A stretch of 64,000 nucleotides of DNA from Heptranchias perlo (taxonomy: Eukaryota). The notes under the pieces were generated by a model that saw only the letters and a list, made by a program, of their open reading frames with translations, did not search any database and was not told where the DNA came from. Position 1 is the stretch's first letter; the number at the start of each line of letters is the position of its first letter. A program made the position numbers and the translations under genes. The stretch lies in contig NC_090351.1 in the NCBI RefSeq assembly GCF_035084215.1, forward strand, positions 14,818,001 through 14,882,000. Reading direction: 5' to 3'. Below are positions 1 through 13,080 of this stretch, in pieces.

Positions 1-335
1 ATAAAAATGGAGATTTCACAGTTGAAGTGATGTTCATAAACCACTAAAAGAACATATTGCTCCATATTTGCTGAAGCTTTGCCCTTTTAACATCACACTT
101 TAAAAAAAAATTATTTGCGATTTAAAGAGAAGTGTACAAAAAGCTCAGAAAAGGTTGTGATGCATCATTTTTATTGCTACCGTCAGAGACTTTAAAAGAA
201 AAATAAAACCAATTTCTGAGGAATGAAGCAGCTAATTGGGCTCTCTGTGTACCTCCTATAAATGACTATGGAGTGCCACACAGTGGAGAGCCAGAGTACT
301 GCAGCCAAATATTTCATTTAGGAGAGAGACTATTA

Positions 336-522
336 ATGCTGGAAATCTGAAATAAAAACAGGCAGTTCTGGATGTGCACGGCAGCTCTATCAGCACCTTT
401 CACAAGAAAGGCAGATTAACATTCTGATGAAGGATCCCCACTTAAAACAATAACCAATCTTTTCTCTTTCAGATGCTGACAGGCCTGTCATATATTTACA
501 GCATTTTGCTGTTTTTATTTCA
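336..522. mobile_element. Old non-autonomous Penelope-like inverted-repeat element with decayed hammerhead core
   Basis: Left arm TGAAATAAAAACAG...TCAGCA is the reverse complement of right arm TGCTGA...CTGTTTTTATTTCA; CTGATGAAGG at about 424; same family as 1856-1950 and 28282-28747. Confidence 0.55.
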
Positions 523-949
523 CTGTTTTGTTTGCAGTGAAACTTTCCAATTTCAAGGTCAGCAGAAAAAGTGAGGAAACTCCATTTCCTCGTTGTGTGG
601 CAGTGATTCTGAACACAGCTTTTAGTTTACTGATAAATGATGGTTGCAGCTTATGTACTATTCATGGTGATCCTGAAATTTCTCTGAGGTATTAGGGAGC
701 TGAAAAAAGGCCTGTGTAAAATGGAAGTGCTTCATACCACAGATCAGCCACATCCTACAAGTGAATTTCAATGAGATTATTGGATTAAAATCAACCACCC
801 TCCCCATGATCCATACAATGCAATGTTCACATACTATGGATTACAATAACACTGCACATGTTTATTGTGAGTTCTACAGTAAAACTATTTAAGTTTATAC
901 TCTTAAAAAAAGAGGGGTTAGAGTTCTTTTCATTTCAACAAGGGTCAGC

Positions 950-1368
950 GATATCACTGCTGGAGAATAGAACGCTTTCATTTTCGGTGCCCAGTGTCAG
1001 CATTACACGCAGCCATGTCAGATATAACACAGGCACGACACACAACAAGCTCTATCTGTCCTGATCCAACTTTATGTATTTAGCTCAACTCACAGATCAA
1101 CATGCCTGTACAGTACCAAAGTGACATTTCCACTTTCCAAAGTGGCCATCGAGGCCTCACTAAGTGAGATTGCCAATTTAGTACCAATTAATAGTGAATT
1201 ATGGGCACGTTTGTCCTGTGGACCTGTGCCCATTGGAAACTGGAAGCTGGCTTTCCCTATTCACTTTGGACCTTTATAGAGAAAGGTGACTTTCATCCAA
1301 TTAGCTGGATTTGAACTTTACCCTCAGAGGTGAATTGGCACTGCTGTAACTCGCTGTACCACCCAGCC
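950..1368 (-). mobile_element. Ancient tRNA-derived SINE with LF-SINE-like head and core
   Basis: Minus strand has TTCACCTCTGAGGGTAAAGTTCAAATCCAGC (B-box-like) and CCAGTTTCCAATGGGCACAGGTCCACA...AATTGGTACTAAATTGGCAATCTCA, resembling the LF-SINE consensus as recalled. Confidence 0.45.
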
Positions 1369-1855
1369 CCTTGTGTATTGTTTCCATGCCTTCAGTTGTT
1401 TGCACAAGTATTCTTCATTTTCTTTTTGCAGGAATGCACCAGATTGATGCAATTGAGTTGCCATATTGAGGGTCAACATAAATTGCAGTACCTATTTGGT
1501 AAAAATATTTGGGCAACATATCTCACTTAAAAAAAGAGAACTTGGTTTGAAACCCCTTATTAAAAAATCCTACTTTGTGCAGCAACTTTCTACGTGCAAT
1601 GGTATTTCCCCAATATGAGGAGATGCATTTGCTCCAAAATGTCTGTTTTTATAACCTGTGCACTGCTCACATGACATTAAGACATTGAAAATGAACCTTT
1701 AAGAATTGAGTGCAAATTAATAAATGTATGTTGAGATAAATAATCCATGAAATGGTCATTGTTGGACACAAATGCTTCACATGTCAAACCTTTAATGTCT
1801 GGCCATCAACATCCTATTCACATAGCACTAGACATATGGCACTAGACATAAAAAA

Positions 1856-1952
1856 TGTTCTGATGAAGGATTAGATCTATAATGTTAACTCATCTTTTCT
1901 CTTTACAGATACTGGTTGATCTGCAGTGTATTTCCAGTATTTTTGCTTTTCT
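1856..1952 (+). mobile_element. Penelope-derived pLTR fragment (decayed hammerhead)
   Basis: TTCTGATGAAGG...GTTAACTC...CAGATACTG...TTTCCAGTATTTT matches the arms at 423-522 and 28619-28747. Confidence 0.5.
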
Positions 1953-2078
1953 CGTCCACCTGGCCAGTCCCAGAAACTATTGGCTCTTATCCCTCAATTA
2001 TCTAGCCAATTCTCCCTTCAATTTTTCTACACTGTTTGCCTCCCTGAGCATTCTGCTGCACACATTCTGTGCTCTCCA

Positions 2079-2279
2079 CATGAAGTAGTTAAATTTAAAC
2101 TGTCTGCGCATCTTCCATCTTCTAAACTTTAGCTCATGTCCAACAGTCCTAGAATTTTTGACAATCTCAACAATGAACAACAACTTGTTGAGATTGTCAG
2201 AAATTCTAGGACTGTTGGATATGAGCTAAAGTTTAGAAGATGGAAGGTGCGCGGGCAGTTTAAATTTAACTACTTCATG
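2079..2279. repeat. 95-bp inverted repeat with 11-nt spacer
   Basis: 2079-2173 is the reverse complement of 2185-2279 with 5 mismatches; spacer TGAACAACAAC. Confidence 0.95.
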
Positions 2280-2385
2280 ATGTAGGTTTTAAGGAGCAAC
2301 TTAAAGGAGGAGAGAGAGGAAGAGAGGCAGAGAGGTTTAGGGAGGGAATTCCAGAGCCCGGGGCTTAGGCAGCTGAAGGCAAGAT
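2280..2385 (-). mobile_element. L2-type LINE/SINE 3' fragment
   Basis: GGTTTTAAGGAG...AAAGGAGGAGAGAGAGG...GGTTTAGGGAGGGAATTCCAGAGC, also seen at 55020-55120 and (complemented) at 37680-37770. Confidence 0.65.
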
Positions 2386-3589
2386 AAGGTAAACCTCTAA
2401 CTGCCAATACTGCAGCCTAGCATTATACAGCTTAAATGTTCTCTCCAAACATAACGGAAGTTTAGTAGGACAGGATCTGTAATTGCATTGTTGGCTATTT
2501 TCTATAGTTCAAGTGAACGTAGTATGTTAACGTCTTTCCTTCCTTCTTTCTTTCCTCCCTTCTTCCTTCCCATTTTCCTTCCTTCCCCATGGGTTTCCCT
2601 GGTTGGATAGATGACCTACCCAAAACAACTGGAGTGTAACAACTGAAGAAGGATTGTAGATCTGGGTCTGTTAAATTTTCAGTGTGGAGACCAACAGCAA
2701 TACTTGTGGTGGAGCTGTACTTTGGCTGCCTGGTATAGCCTTCAAATATGGAACATCTGGGCATCTGGCAGCAAGGTTAGTTGGTGTAAATTCTATTCCA
2801 ATTTGTTTCCTTATGTGGAGAACTGTGAAAATCACTAACATCACAGAGTGAGTACAAAGAACACACAATAGGTGAGATTAGCAGACACCTCAAGTGAGTC
2901 ATGTAGAATCTTCCTCCCTTTTCACTTCTTCACATGTAGCATTGTTTGCCACATATGCATTCCTTGTGAAGGATGAGAAAGGCAAGGTTTTGTATTTCTG
3001 ATTTAAGCCCTTGCAAAGCAGAAACTGCACATTTAGGGAAATGCAGAATTTTAGCAGACATGGCGACCCCAGTGATTCTCTGCAATTGTCTGTACTATTT
3101 CAAACAGAGATGTAAATTGCATATTTGAAACTGTTTAAAATGCATTTTTAAATTACGGGAGACCCCTAACAATTACTAGAGAAGATGACATTGAATTGAT
3201 CCAATATGGTTTCCGTCTTGCAAGATTTTATTACAAACTGATACCACTCCTTAAATAAACAGTGATTAGCACACAAAGAGCCAAACTGCTGGGCAGTGAC
3301 TCTATCTGTTACTGCAGCATCTGTCTGCACATGAATAGAGCCCCAACTGACATTTATACATAAGTGACAACATCAATAATGTTTAATCTAATTCATTCTT
3401 GGAGGCAACTGACTCAGTGATTCACAGTAAAGCAATTAAAAGCTACACATTGGGCAATTGAAAAATATTGGAGTCTCATATAAGAAGAAATTCATTTTGG
3501 GCTTATGAAAAAACAAGATCGTGTCCAACAAACTTAGTGAAACTTTTTGGAGGTATAGCGAGTTGATATATGATGATAATTAGAGCAGC

Positions 3590-4137
3590 GTAGACTTAGA
3601 GAAAACCTGATAGAGGCTTATAAAATAATGAAAGGGCTGGATTGCATGCCTTGTGATAGATTATTTCAGTTTGACAGATTGGAGAGGACCAGGGGGCATG
3701 TGTTTAAACTATGCAGAAGCAGGAATAGGCTAGATGTTAGCCGGTTCTTCTTTTCCCAGAAAGTAGTGAGTCTCTGGAATGCATTGCCGGCTTGTGTGAC
3801 CTGTGTTGACTCACACAAGTCTTCAAGAGGTAGATGGAACAGTTCTTGGCTGGGGCAGAGATCGCATCATATAGAAGGTAAGTGGATTAACAGATTACGC
3901 ACAGTCAATGTGACTTCCTGGACTGGTTTAGATCGCCTGAGGGGGTTAAAGAGGAATTTTCCAGAATTATTTCCCCTTATTGGCCCTGGTTATCCTGGTT
4001 TTTAGTCTCTCCCAGGAGATTACATACCTGTGGCGGGTTAGTAAGGGTCTAGTCACGATGCTCCAGCTGTCCGGAGTGTGGGGCAGGCTTGATGGACCAG
4101 CTGGTCTTTTCCTGCCCGCCATTTCTGTATGTTCGTA
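3590..4137 (+). mobile_element. CR1 LINE 3' fragment
   Basis: ORF 3628 has CR1 C-terminal motifs TRGHVFKL and FFSQKVVSLWNALP; 3' tail GGCTTGATGGACCAGCTGGTCTTTTCCTGCCC also at about 31410. Confidence 0.85.
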
Positions 4138-5204
4138 AGGTGATTGATAGTCTTTATCTTGACTTTCAGAAAGAATTTGATAAGGTCCCTCACAAGAAAT
4201 CAATGGTTAAAGTTGAAGTTATAAATTGAATAATGAATTAGTTATACTTGGGGTACTCAAACTGTGAAGACACCTTCCTTGGGGATATGGACCTGTCGCA
4301 GGCCTGTGTGTTCAAGCTTAAACTCATGACTTTCTGACTCAACAGCAAGAATGCTACCACTGAGCCAAGCTGATGAATCGGGTGGAGTTAGGGAGGTTGG
4401 CAGAGAAGGCATTGAAAAAACTCAAGTCTTGAGATGATGGAGCGTAGATGAAGATTTCAATAGCCCTCGGGGTGAAGTAGGTGGGAGTAAGTTGTTATAG
4501 TAATGGATTGGATTTGACTGCTCAATTACATTTATTTTTAGCTTTGCAGCTCTCTTCCTTCAGGAACTAGAATACAAGGCCCAGACTGCTTGTCATGGGC
4601 TACCAACAGAGTAATGCACTCGCAGTAGCCTGATCCCTTCACTTGAGCTGTAGGTTAAAATGGAGGGCTTAGCAAACATTCAGATGAGTTCCTCAGATTG
4701 TCTCATTCATTCTATATTATTGTTTGAAAAATTGAGTTAGAACAATGTTGTGCATTATTACCGAAATATGTATTTTTAAGAACCAAAAACTAATAACATT
4801 GAAAACAATGTGACCTTATGCACATTTGTGCTAATAATAACAAACGTAATTGTAAGATGAAAGGTATATTGTAAGTAAGGTGGATTAGGAGAAATATTTG
4901 TATGTAATGGAATGTTGAAAATCTCATCACATTGCATGGCGGTGGGTGTAAGTGTTAATTAGGTTTGGGATCTGCTTCTGGATTCAGAGTACACAAGTCC
5001 AGATAAATGACAAATCTCCATTAGGCATTGGTATGACTGTGAGATCTGTGTCCAATTACAAAAATATATCTGGGCAGTGAAAAAGGTTGTTTAAAAAAAG
5101 GGGGGCGACAACAATGATGTTTGGCTTTTGAGTCAGTGAGTTGTGGAGAAGCTGAAGGAGCTAAATCTGTTCTCTTGACCTCAAACCTAAGCTAGGCAGT
5201 TGAA

Positions 5205-5445
5205 GAATAAACCTGGGTTTTGACTCCTGATCATATCCAGTGACTTCTGCTGGGAAGGATGCAAGTGTGGACTTTGGGTGAAGGCAGGATTTGGCCTACG
5301 TTTGGACTACAGTCTGTTGACACTCACTATCTAGGCGCACACATGAAGAGTGGCCAGTTAGGGCAAGGTACTGAAGGGTGGTTGGTGCCCATGGAACCAT
5401 TCCCCAGCACGAGTTCGTGAATTCAGGAGAGAAAGGAAACAGAAA
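5205..5445 (+). mobile_element. Ancient SINE (AmnSINE2-like) 3' half
   Basis: TCCTGATCATATCCAGTGAC...ACACTCACTATCTAGGCGCACACATGAAGAGTGGCCA shared with 15730-16085 and 24200-24370. Confidence 0.5.
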
Positions 5446-5971
5446 AAGGGGGGGAAAAGATGGGTTGGGGAGTGGAATGATAACATGATCCATTTTCAAT
5501 GTTTTTATTAAGTGGAGGAAATCAGCAGGGAATACAGAATTTAATCTATGTAATGACCACTTGTAATCATTTAGTTACAGAGGTAAAAAAGCTGTATACC
5601 ATGGGAGACCAATGCTATTGTGTCTATATCATTTATTCACTGTTTAAAACTTGTTAAATATGCATTTAATGTAACAGTTTTTAAAGTATGCATTTGATAT
5701 GTTACGTTTGTGTGGAACTGTGGGGATAATGCTTCCATGGAGGCAAACAATAGTGAATGTTTTAACTGTTGAGTAATTGGTGTTTGTCACTGAGATGGTA
5801 TTTGGTAAGTGTAATACAATGGCTTCCCAGAATGCACTCTGTATCAATGCAGATGCAACTGGAACTGAATATCTTATTGAATATTATGACACATCCATGA
5901 CTATCAATGGGAATATAGGAAAATATATCTGATACTGTTGGTGTACCAAACTCCAAGTACCAGGTCCTGAT

Positions 5972-7107
5972 TGTAGCACCAGCGTTCTGGCCATTTTTAT
6001 GAATCAGATTTTAAACCCAATACTCCCAAGAAAGAACTGTACTGTTTGGCAAGCTTGTGGGAGTGGCTTAGAGAACAGGATTGACTGGCAGGAGTTTCGA
6101 GCCAGGCTAAACTGACTAAGGTGCATTCATATGCAAACGGACATCTCACACTGACAGCCTGGGTGGAAGGGAACCCTGGCCGATTGACGTCATCACCATT
6201 TAACATGATTACTGGAAACAATAGCCCGAGAGGTAGCTCAGAGACACTCATTCTCCTGGTGGAAGGCAGGAGATGGCCGGGCCATTGTCTTCCAGGAGAG
6301 AAGCCAGTTAAGCAAGATCAGTTTGAGATCAAAACCCATTACCTGCTAATGGGGTCCATCAACTCAGGAAACGACTGACACCCCGTAATCAGCACCCATT
6401 GTCTCTCCAAGTACAAGGCCTGGGAGTGGGATAATGAAATAGCATTTTTCACAAAGATTTCAAAGGTTATGAGTCACTCCGGGCCATGGGGTGGGGGGGG
6501 GGGTCCAGACAGGTCACCTGAGTCAATACATTGATCAATGTTGGATCTGCTGGGCTCTGCTCTCTGCTTTTTTTCTCTGCTCCTCGGCATCAATATACAG
6601 CGAGTCTCCTGAGTGGGGCTCGGCTCGATTCAACGGAACACCGCCAGAAGCTGAGCGCTGCTCTTCATCCCTCATCAACGGACCTCGACTCAAACTGGAA
6701 CTGCGTCGGCAGTACGGAACCAGGAGCGAGAGGTGCAGGAAGAAGCTGCAAGCAAGACAACGGGCAATCGGGGTGAGCATATTTCCTACGCCTACACATC
6801 CACAAGACCACTTAGCTGTTTGAGGGGGTGATTGTAAGTCCCAACCAAACCTTGGAGGGTTTTAGTGCTGGGGGGGTCCTGTGTTAGTTTATTTCATGGG
6901 GGGGCTTTCTCTTATTAGGCACGGTAATTTAGCACGGTAGGGTTGTACGGTTTGTACTGTTTACAAGTGTCATTGTTAATCTTGTTAAACATAATACAGT
7001 TGAGCCTGAAAACGTGTGTCCGAGTCTGATCTGTCCTTATAATCCCTATCGTTCCAGAACTTCTGGTAAGAGGTGTGTTTTCGGTACGCCCGAGAAAACC
7101 ACTTACA
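5972..7107. mobile_element. Probable solo LTR
   Basis: TGTAG...CTTACA termini, about 1.1 kb, CpG-richer than flanks, no coding homology; only 3 nt (GAT) of flank duplicated. Confidence 0.4.
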
Positions 7108-7173
7108 GATTGAACAATATTTTCTTGGTCATGCCAGTCACACAATTGACATTGCTGCTTCCTCTGAAATTTG

Positions 7174-7250
7174 TTGGAACACTACTGGTAAATTGACTGT
7201 ACATGCTGAATCTTGGAACACTACTCGTGAATTGACTGTACATGCTGAAT
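7174..7250. repeat. 39-bp tandem duplication (2 copies)
   Basis: TTGGAACACTACTSGTRAATTGACTGTACATGCTGAAT twice. Confidence 0.9.
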
Positions 7251-8377
7251 TGTACATTCTATACATGCCTGTCCGGGTTTCAGGGGAACTTGGAGTGCTT
7301 AGAGTGTGCAGCCAGAATAACCCAACAACCCACACATTATACCTATGCACTGGTACCTCAGACTTACATCAGTAGGTATGTATAAATGGTGACTTTGTGT
7401 GTTTGATTTTGGGGCATTGTGTCTTTGTGTTGCACTAGACCTGACACAAAATCAATCCACCCACCAGATCACCACCCTGGAAGGGTCATGCCTTTGGGGT
7501 GCTCTGGATTTTGCCGCACACTTTGGGATTTTATGTTGTACTTGCACCACTGGAAGCGTAAGTCCACCAGTTTATATTCTAGTATAACAAAGCCATAACC
7601 TTTTCAATGTGAGAACAAAGTACTGAAATGGGCTACCTTGATGATGGGGTCACTTTAAAATAAAGTGCGATTTTTTTTTTTATAAAGCTAAACCAAAGTA
7701 ATAAAGTAAGAGGACGTGTTCTAAAACTAGCATTGATGGGAACACCTTTGTGCACTCAGTCCTTAAATTTGTGATTGACCCATCTCATGGAATAATTGCT
7801 TTCAAGACTAATTTGCGAAACATGGTAGAAACAGAACAGATGTTTTTCAGATGCCCATAAAATTATATAAACAATAGATCAAGGCTCAAGTTGTGTTATC
7901 CTTATAGAAAAAGGGCCTGTAAGAGAAGGAAATGTAGTGACTTCCTTATGTCTCCCTCAAGTTATGTTACATCGAACCTCATAGAGAAAAACTGCTGCAC
8001 AATTCAGAGAAAATTGCTTTTCATGAGAGCAAATGCACCCAGTGTGTGTTCCTAATGCATCTCATCAACAATATAGTGTATCAGGTGGAGTCAAGGTTGA
8101 GGTAGATCTAGTTGCTGGTTGCCGCTCAGGAGTTATGATAAATTTCCTAATCTTATACTTGATGTGCTTTTCTACTTAGTTAAGCTTGAACAAAACTAAT
8201 TCAGATGGCACTGGTTTTGAAATGAATCCTGGCTCCTGATCAATGTCCAGCCAGGAATGAAAACAGTGTATCTCTCTCTCTCCTGTATTATGGATCACTG
8301 CTATCAACAGTCACAAAATGTTGGTCTTCTCAGGACTGCACTGATTGAATGTAACTAGCAAGAACTAATTAAAGGGA

Positions 8378-10519
8378 ATCATAGAAAGGTTACAGCACAA
8401 AAGGAGGCCATTCGGCCCATTGAGTCCATGCCGGCTCTATGCAACAGCAATCCAGCTAGTCCCACTCTCCCGCCCTATCCCTGTAGCCCTGCAAATGTTT
8501 TCCTTTTAAGTATTTATCCAGTTCCCTTTTGAAAGCCACGATTGAATCTGCCTCCACCACCCCCCTGCCAGTGATTTCTAGACCCTAGCCAATTGCTGCG
8601 TAAAAAAGTATTTCCTCATGTCACCTTTGGTTGTTTTGCCAACCACCTTAAATCTATGTCCTCTGATTCTTGACCCTTCCTCCAATGGGAACAGTTTCTC
8701 TCTATCTACTCTGTCTAGACCCTTCATGATTTTAAATACCTCCATCAAATCTCCTCTCAACCATCTCGGTTCCAAGGAGAACAACCCCAGCTTCTCCAGT
8801 CTGTCCATGTAATTAAAGTACCTCATCCCTGGAAACATTCTTGTAAATATTTGCTGCACCCTCTCTAAGGCTTTCACATCTTTCCTAAAGTGCAGGGCCC
8901 AGAACTGGACACAATACTCCAGTTGTGGTCGAACCAGTGTTTTAAAAATGTTCATCATGACTTCCTTGCTTTTGTACTCTATGCCTCTATTTATAAAGCC
9001 CAGAATCCCGTATGCTTTTTTAACCACTTTCTCAACCTGCCCTGCCACCTTCAACAATTCATGCACATATTCCCCCAGGTCTCTCTGTTCCTGTACCTCT
9101 TTTAGAATTGTGCCCTCTAGTTTATATTGCCTCAACTCATTCTTCCTACCGAAATGTATCACTTCGCATTTTTCTGTATTAAATTTCATCTGCCACGTGT
9201 CCACCCATGCCACCAGCCTGTCTATATCTTCTTGAAGTCTATCTTTATCCTCCTCACTGTTCACTACACTTCCAAGTTTTGTGTCATCTGTAATTTGGAA
9301 ATTGTGCCCTGTACACCCAAGTCCAAGTCATTAATATATATCAAGAAAAGCAGTGGTCCTAGTACCGATCCCTGGGGAACACCACTGTACACCTCCCTCC
9401 AGTCCGAAAAACAACCATTCACCACTACTCTCTGCTTCCTGTTACTTAGCCAATTCTATATCCATGCTGCTGCTGCTCCCTTTATTCCATGGGCTTCAAT
9501 CTTGATGACAAGTCTATTATGCAGCACTTTATCAAACACCTTTTGAAAGTCCATACACACCACACCAACCGCATTGCCCTCATCTACTCTCTCTGTTACC
9601 TCATCAAAAAATTCTATCAAGTTAGTTAAACAAACATGATTTGCCTTTAACAAATCCATGCTGGCTTTCCCTAATCAATCCACACTTGTCCAAGTGACTG
9701 CTAATTCTGTCCCGCATTATCATTTCTAAAAGTTTCCCCACCACCAAGGTTAACCTGGCTGGACTATAGTTGCTGGGTTTATCCTTACACCATTTATTGA
9801 ACAATGGTGTAACATTTGCAATTTTCCAGTTCTCTGGCACCATCACCATATCTAAGGATATTTGGAAGGTTATGGCCAGTACCTCTGCAATTTCCACCCT
9901 TACTTCCCTCAGCAACCTGGGATGCACCCCATCCGGACTGGGTAACTTATCTACTTTAAGTACAGCTAGCCTTTCTAGTACCTCCTCTTTATCAATTTTT
10001 AGCCCATCCAGTATCTCAACCACATCTTCCTTTACTGAGACTGTGGCAGCATCTTCTTCCTTGGTAAAGACAGATGCAAAGTATTTATTTAGTACCTCGG
10101 CCATGCCCTCTGCCTCCATGAGTAGATCTCCTTTATGGTCCCTAATCGGCCCCACCCCTCCTCTTACTACCTGTTTACTGTTTTCATGCCAATAGAAGAC
10201 TTTTGGACTCCCTTTTATTTTAGCCACCAGTATATTCTCACACTCTCTCTTTGCCCCTCTTATTTCCTTTTTCACTTCCTCTCTGAACTTTCTATAGTCA
10301 GTCTAGTTCTCACTTGTGTTATCAACCTGACATCTGTTATACACCCCTTTTTTCTGCTTCATCTTACCCTCTATCTCTTTTGTCATCCAGGGAGCACTGT
10401 CTTTAGTTGCCCTACCTTTCCCCCTCATGGGAATGTACCTAGACTGTACCTGAACCATCTCCTCCTTAAAGGCCGCCCATTGTCCAATTACAGTTTTGCT
10501 TGCCAATCTTTAATTCCAA
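8378..10519 (-). mobile_element. CR1 (HER1-like) LINE, 5'-truncated, frameshifted ORF2
   Basis: ORFs 8578, 9456, 9622, 10303 carry RT motifs QHGFVKGKSC, DFQKVFDKV, RPQLEYCVQFW; 3' end ATCATAGAAAGG. Confidence 0.95.
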
Positions 10520-11195
10520 TGACATCCAAGGACATCCTAATGAATTATCACATAATCCCAACTCTTATAAAGGGTATCTGAGAGTCCCTTTTGTCTTCCA
10601 TGTTTCTCGTGTTTTATGCTTTCTGGGCAGACACAGCCTGGGAGTAAGAATTTTGTGTAGAATTGCCACAACCTGCCCTTCAACCATTCTGATGCTCGCA
10701 CTCGTGTAGAAGAATGGGTGTTTACCACTAATCACACCCTTGCCTTTGCATCCCGTGACTGGGTCAGGCACCCAAGTAACTGATCTAACAGAGGATGGCC
10801 ACAGAGCGTCCCCTTTTAGATAGTGGATTAAAACCCTCCTTTCCAGGTAATATTGGGGAGTGGTCCCCCTAATGATTTGTAGATCTCTGATATTTTAGTA
10901 CTGCATGCAGCGACATTCTCCCAAAATGAGTGTTATTGAAGTCACCGGCTCTCCTCAGTAGCTCTTCAAACGTCTGTGCTTTTTATTTTTTGAGCTCTTA
11001 AATTGGGTAATTTTTTGAACCCAATTCCCAGAGGTCACTTTTCTGGGGTGACCAGTGATCCCCTGACCTTCACTCAGGGGTTTGCCTGGTTTCTGTCCAT
11101 TGCTTCCTCCTGATGACATTGGTGAGATTGAGAGTTTGCCTCCCAACTGCAAGTCAGAACCTAGTTTCAAGATTAACTTTGATGTCCTTCCCACT
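10520..11195. mobile_element. Possible LTR-like fragment abutting the CR1 5' end
   Basis: Starts abruptly with TG at the CR1 break; short inverted match AAGGACATC (10529) / GATGTCCTT (11181); no recognisable protein. Confidence 0.25.
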
Positions 11196-11439
11196 AAGCT
11201 AAGACGAAGAAAACAAAGCATTTGTGGCACATGAGAATCTGCACAATCTTCATGGAAGTGAGTGTAGCAATAACGCAAATAGCTCTGGTAGTTTGGAAGC
11301 AAGATGTAAGTTACTCCTGAATTATCAGCGACCTTTGCTTGTGAAATAAGCATCACCATCAATATCAGTGAACAAACTGCAGAACATGACAATCATACAA
11401 CAGATAAAGGAACATTAAATCAAATACCAAAAGGCACAT

Positions 11440-12323
11440 ATGGTTAATTGTGAAGAGGTCAGAGGACATCAAGAGACGATAGATGGGTTCTAGACTGGGC
11501 AGAAAGATGTCAGATTAAATTTAATGTTAAGAATTGTGAGGTGATACATTTTGGGAGGCAGCATAAGGAGAAGATATATACACTGAATGGTAAATTTGAA
11601 AAGTAGAGCAGCAGAACAATTTAGGGGTTCCGATATACAAATCTTTAAAAGCGGGAAGGCAAGTTGATTAAGGCTGCCTTTTTAAACAGCATACGGGATT
11701 TCAAGTTTAATAAACAGAAGGATAGAGTACAAAAGCAAGGAGATATTGCTAAACCTATACAAATAATTGGTTAGCCTGCAGTTAGTAGATTGTGTCCAGT
11801 TTTGGATGCTGTACTTCTGGAAGGATGTCAAGGTCATGGTGAGGGTGCAGAAGAGATTCACTAAGATGATACCTGAGATGGGAGGCTTTAGTTATGAGGA
11901 GAGACTAGAGAAACTGGAGCTCTTTTCATTAGAACAAATAAGAGGAAATCTGATAAAGGCATTCAAAATTATGAGAGGTTTTGATAAAGCAAATTGGGAA
12001 AAAACTCTTTCTGCTGTTTAATGAATTGGTAGCCAGAGGACATATATTTAAAAACGGCAGCAAGAGAATAAAGCAAGGACTTAGAAGATTTTTTTATGCA
12101 GAGGGTTATTAGGACATGGAATGTCCTACCAGAAATAATGGTGGAAGCAGAATCCTAAATAACTTTTAACATTGAAGTAGACAAATATTTGAAAAAGAAA
12201 AACTTACAAGGGTATGGGAAAAGGCAGGGGAATGGGACTAAGTGGAAGGCTCTTTCAGGGAGCCAGCACAAGCACAATGGGCTGAATGGCCTCCTTCTGT
12301 GCTGTAAAATGCTAAGATTTTAT
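11440..12323 (+). mobile_element. CR1 LINE 3' fragment (degenerate)
   Basis: ORF 11767 CVQFW...SYEERLEKLELFSLEQ; 3' hairpin GGGCTGAATGGCCTCCTTCTGTGCTG. Confidence 0.9.
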
Positions 12324-12904
12324 AAACCATTTCATTTTTTAAATCATTAAAGTAGTATAAGAATAATACAGCAATCTACTAATATCTGAACGGTATTATT
12401 AGTGTAAAAATAGGGTTCAGAATCACGGTGTGGGAACTGAAATTATTTTAGAAGAAATCTCCAATCAGACAGTAGAAAATTCTGCAAGGCTGCTGGTGGC
12501 CAATGGGTTAATAAAATACTGTTTTACTGCGATCGATAGCCCCAGTAGAAAAATAGAAACTGCTTGCACTTGACCTTTTTTGAATCGGTTTATCAGGTTA
12601 ATTTAGATGAATGAGGGCCTGGCTGCAATATCAGTGCTGATCACTAAGATCTGTGCAGGGGTGTGGCTTAACACTGGATGAACTGCCTATCAGATGGTTT
12701 GCTGGTAACTCCAGTACCAGTCATATTTAATTTTTACTTTAAAAAATATAATTTTCCATCTAAGGTTGTGTAATATCCATCAGATAATTGGAGCAATTAA
12801 AAAAAGGAGCAATCTGTATTTCGGAAGGAATCTCCTTTTTAAAAATGAAATGGTTGGGGAATCGGGTGGTGTAATTCTTTAAACACTCTTCGTTCACCTT
12901 TGGG

Positions 12905-13080
12905 CGACGCAATGGTTTAGTCACTGCACTTTCACCTCAGGGTGGTGCTGTGAATTAGACCACTGGCCTTTCACCTTTGGGATCTAGGTTCAAACCCAGC
13001 ACAGATTGATGGGATGAAAGTCTCTTCTGTCTGCTGCCTGTAAGGCTCCTATGTGAAATGAGTTTGGACAGTCTCTGTTA
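12905..13080 (+). mobile_element. LF-SINE-like tRNA-derived SINE head, with partial tandem duplication of the head
   Basis: GCCTTTCACCTTTGGGATCTAGGTTCAAACCCAGC...GAAAGTC...CCTATGTGAAATGAGTT resembles the LF-SINE 5' region; CACTG..CTTTCACCT occurs twice. Confidence 0.55.

Noticed and set aside
9770-10195. Ser/Thr-rich + strand ORFs recurring at 9770, 21481, 33227, 50152, 58054
   Set aside because: Antisense shadows of CR1 ORF2.
10955-11392. 145-aa ORF with hydrophobic N-terminus
   Set aside because: Non-ATG start, no recognisable domain, spans a probable repeat boundary.
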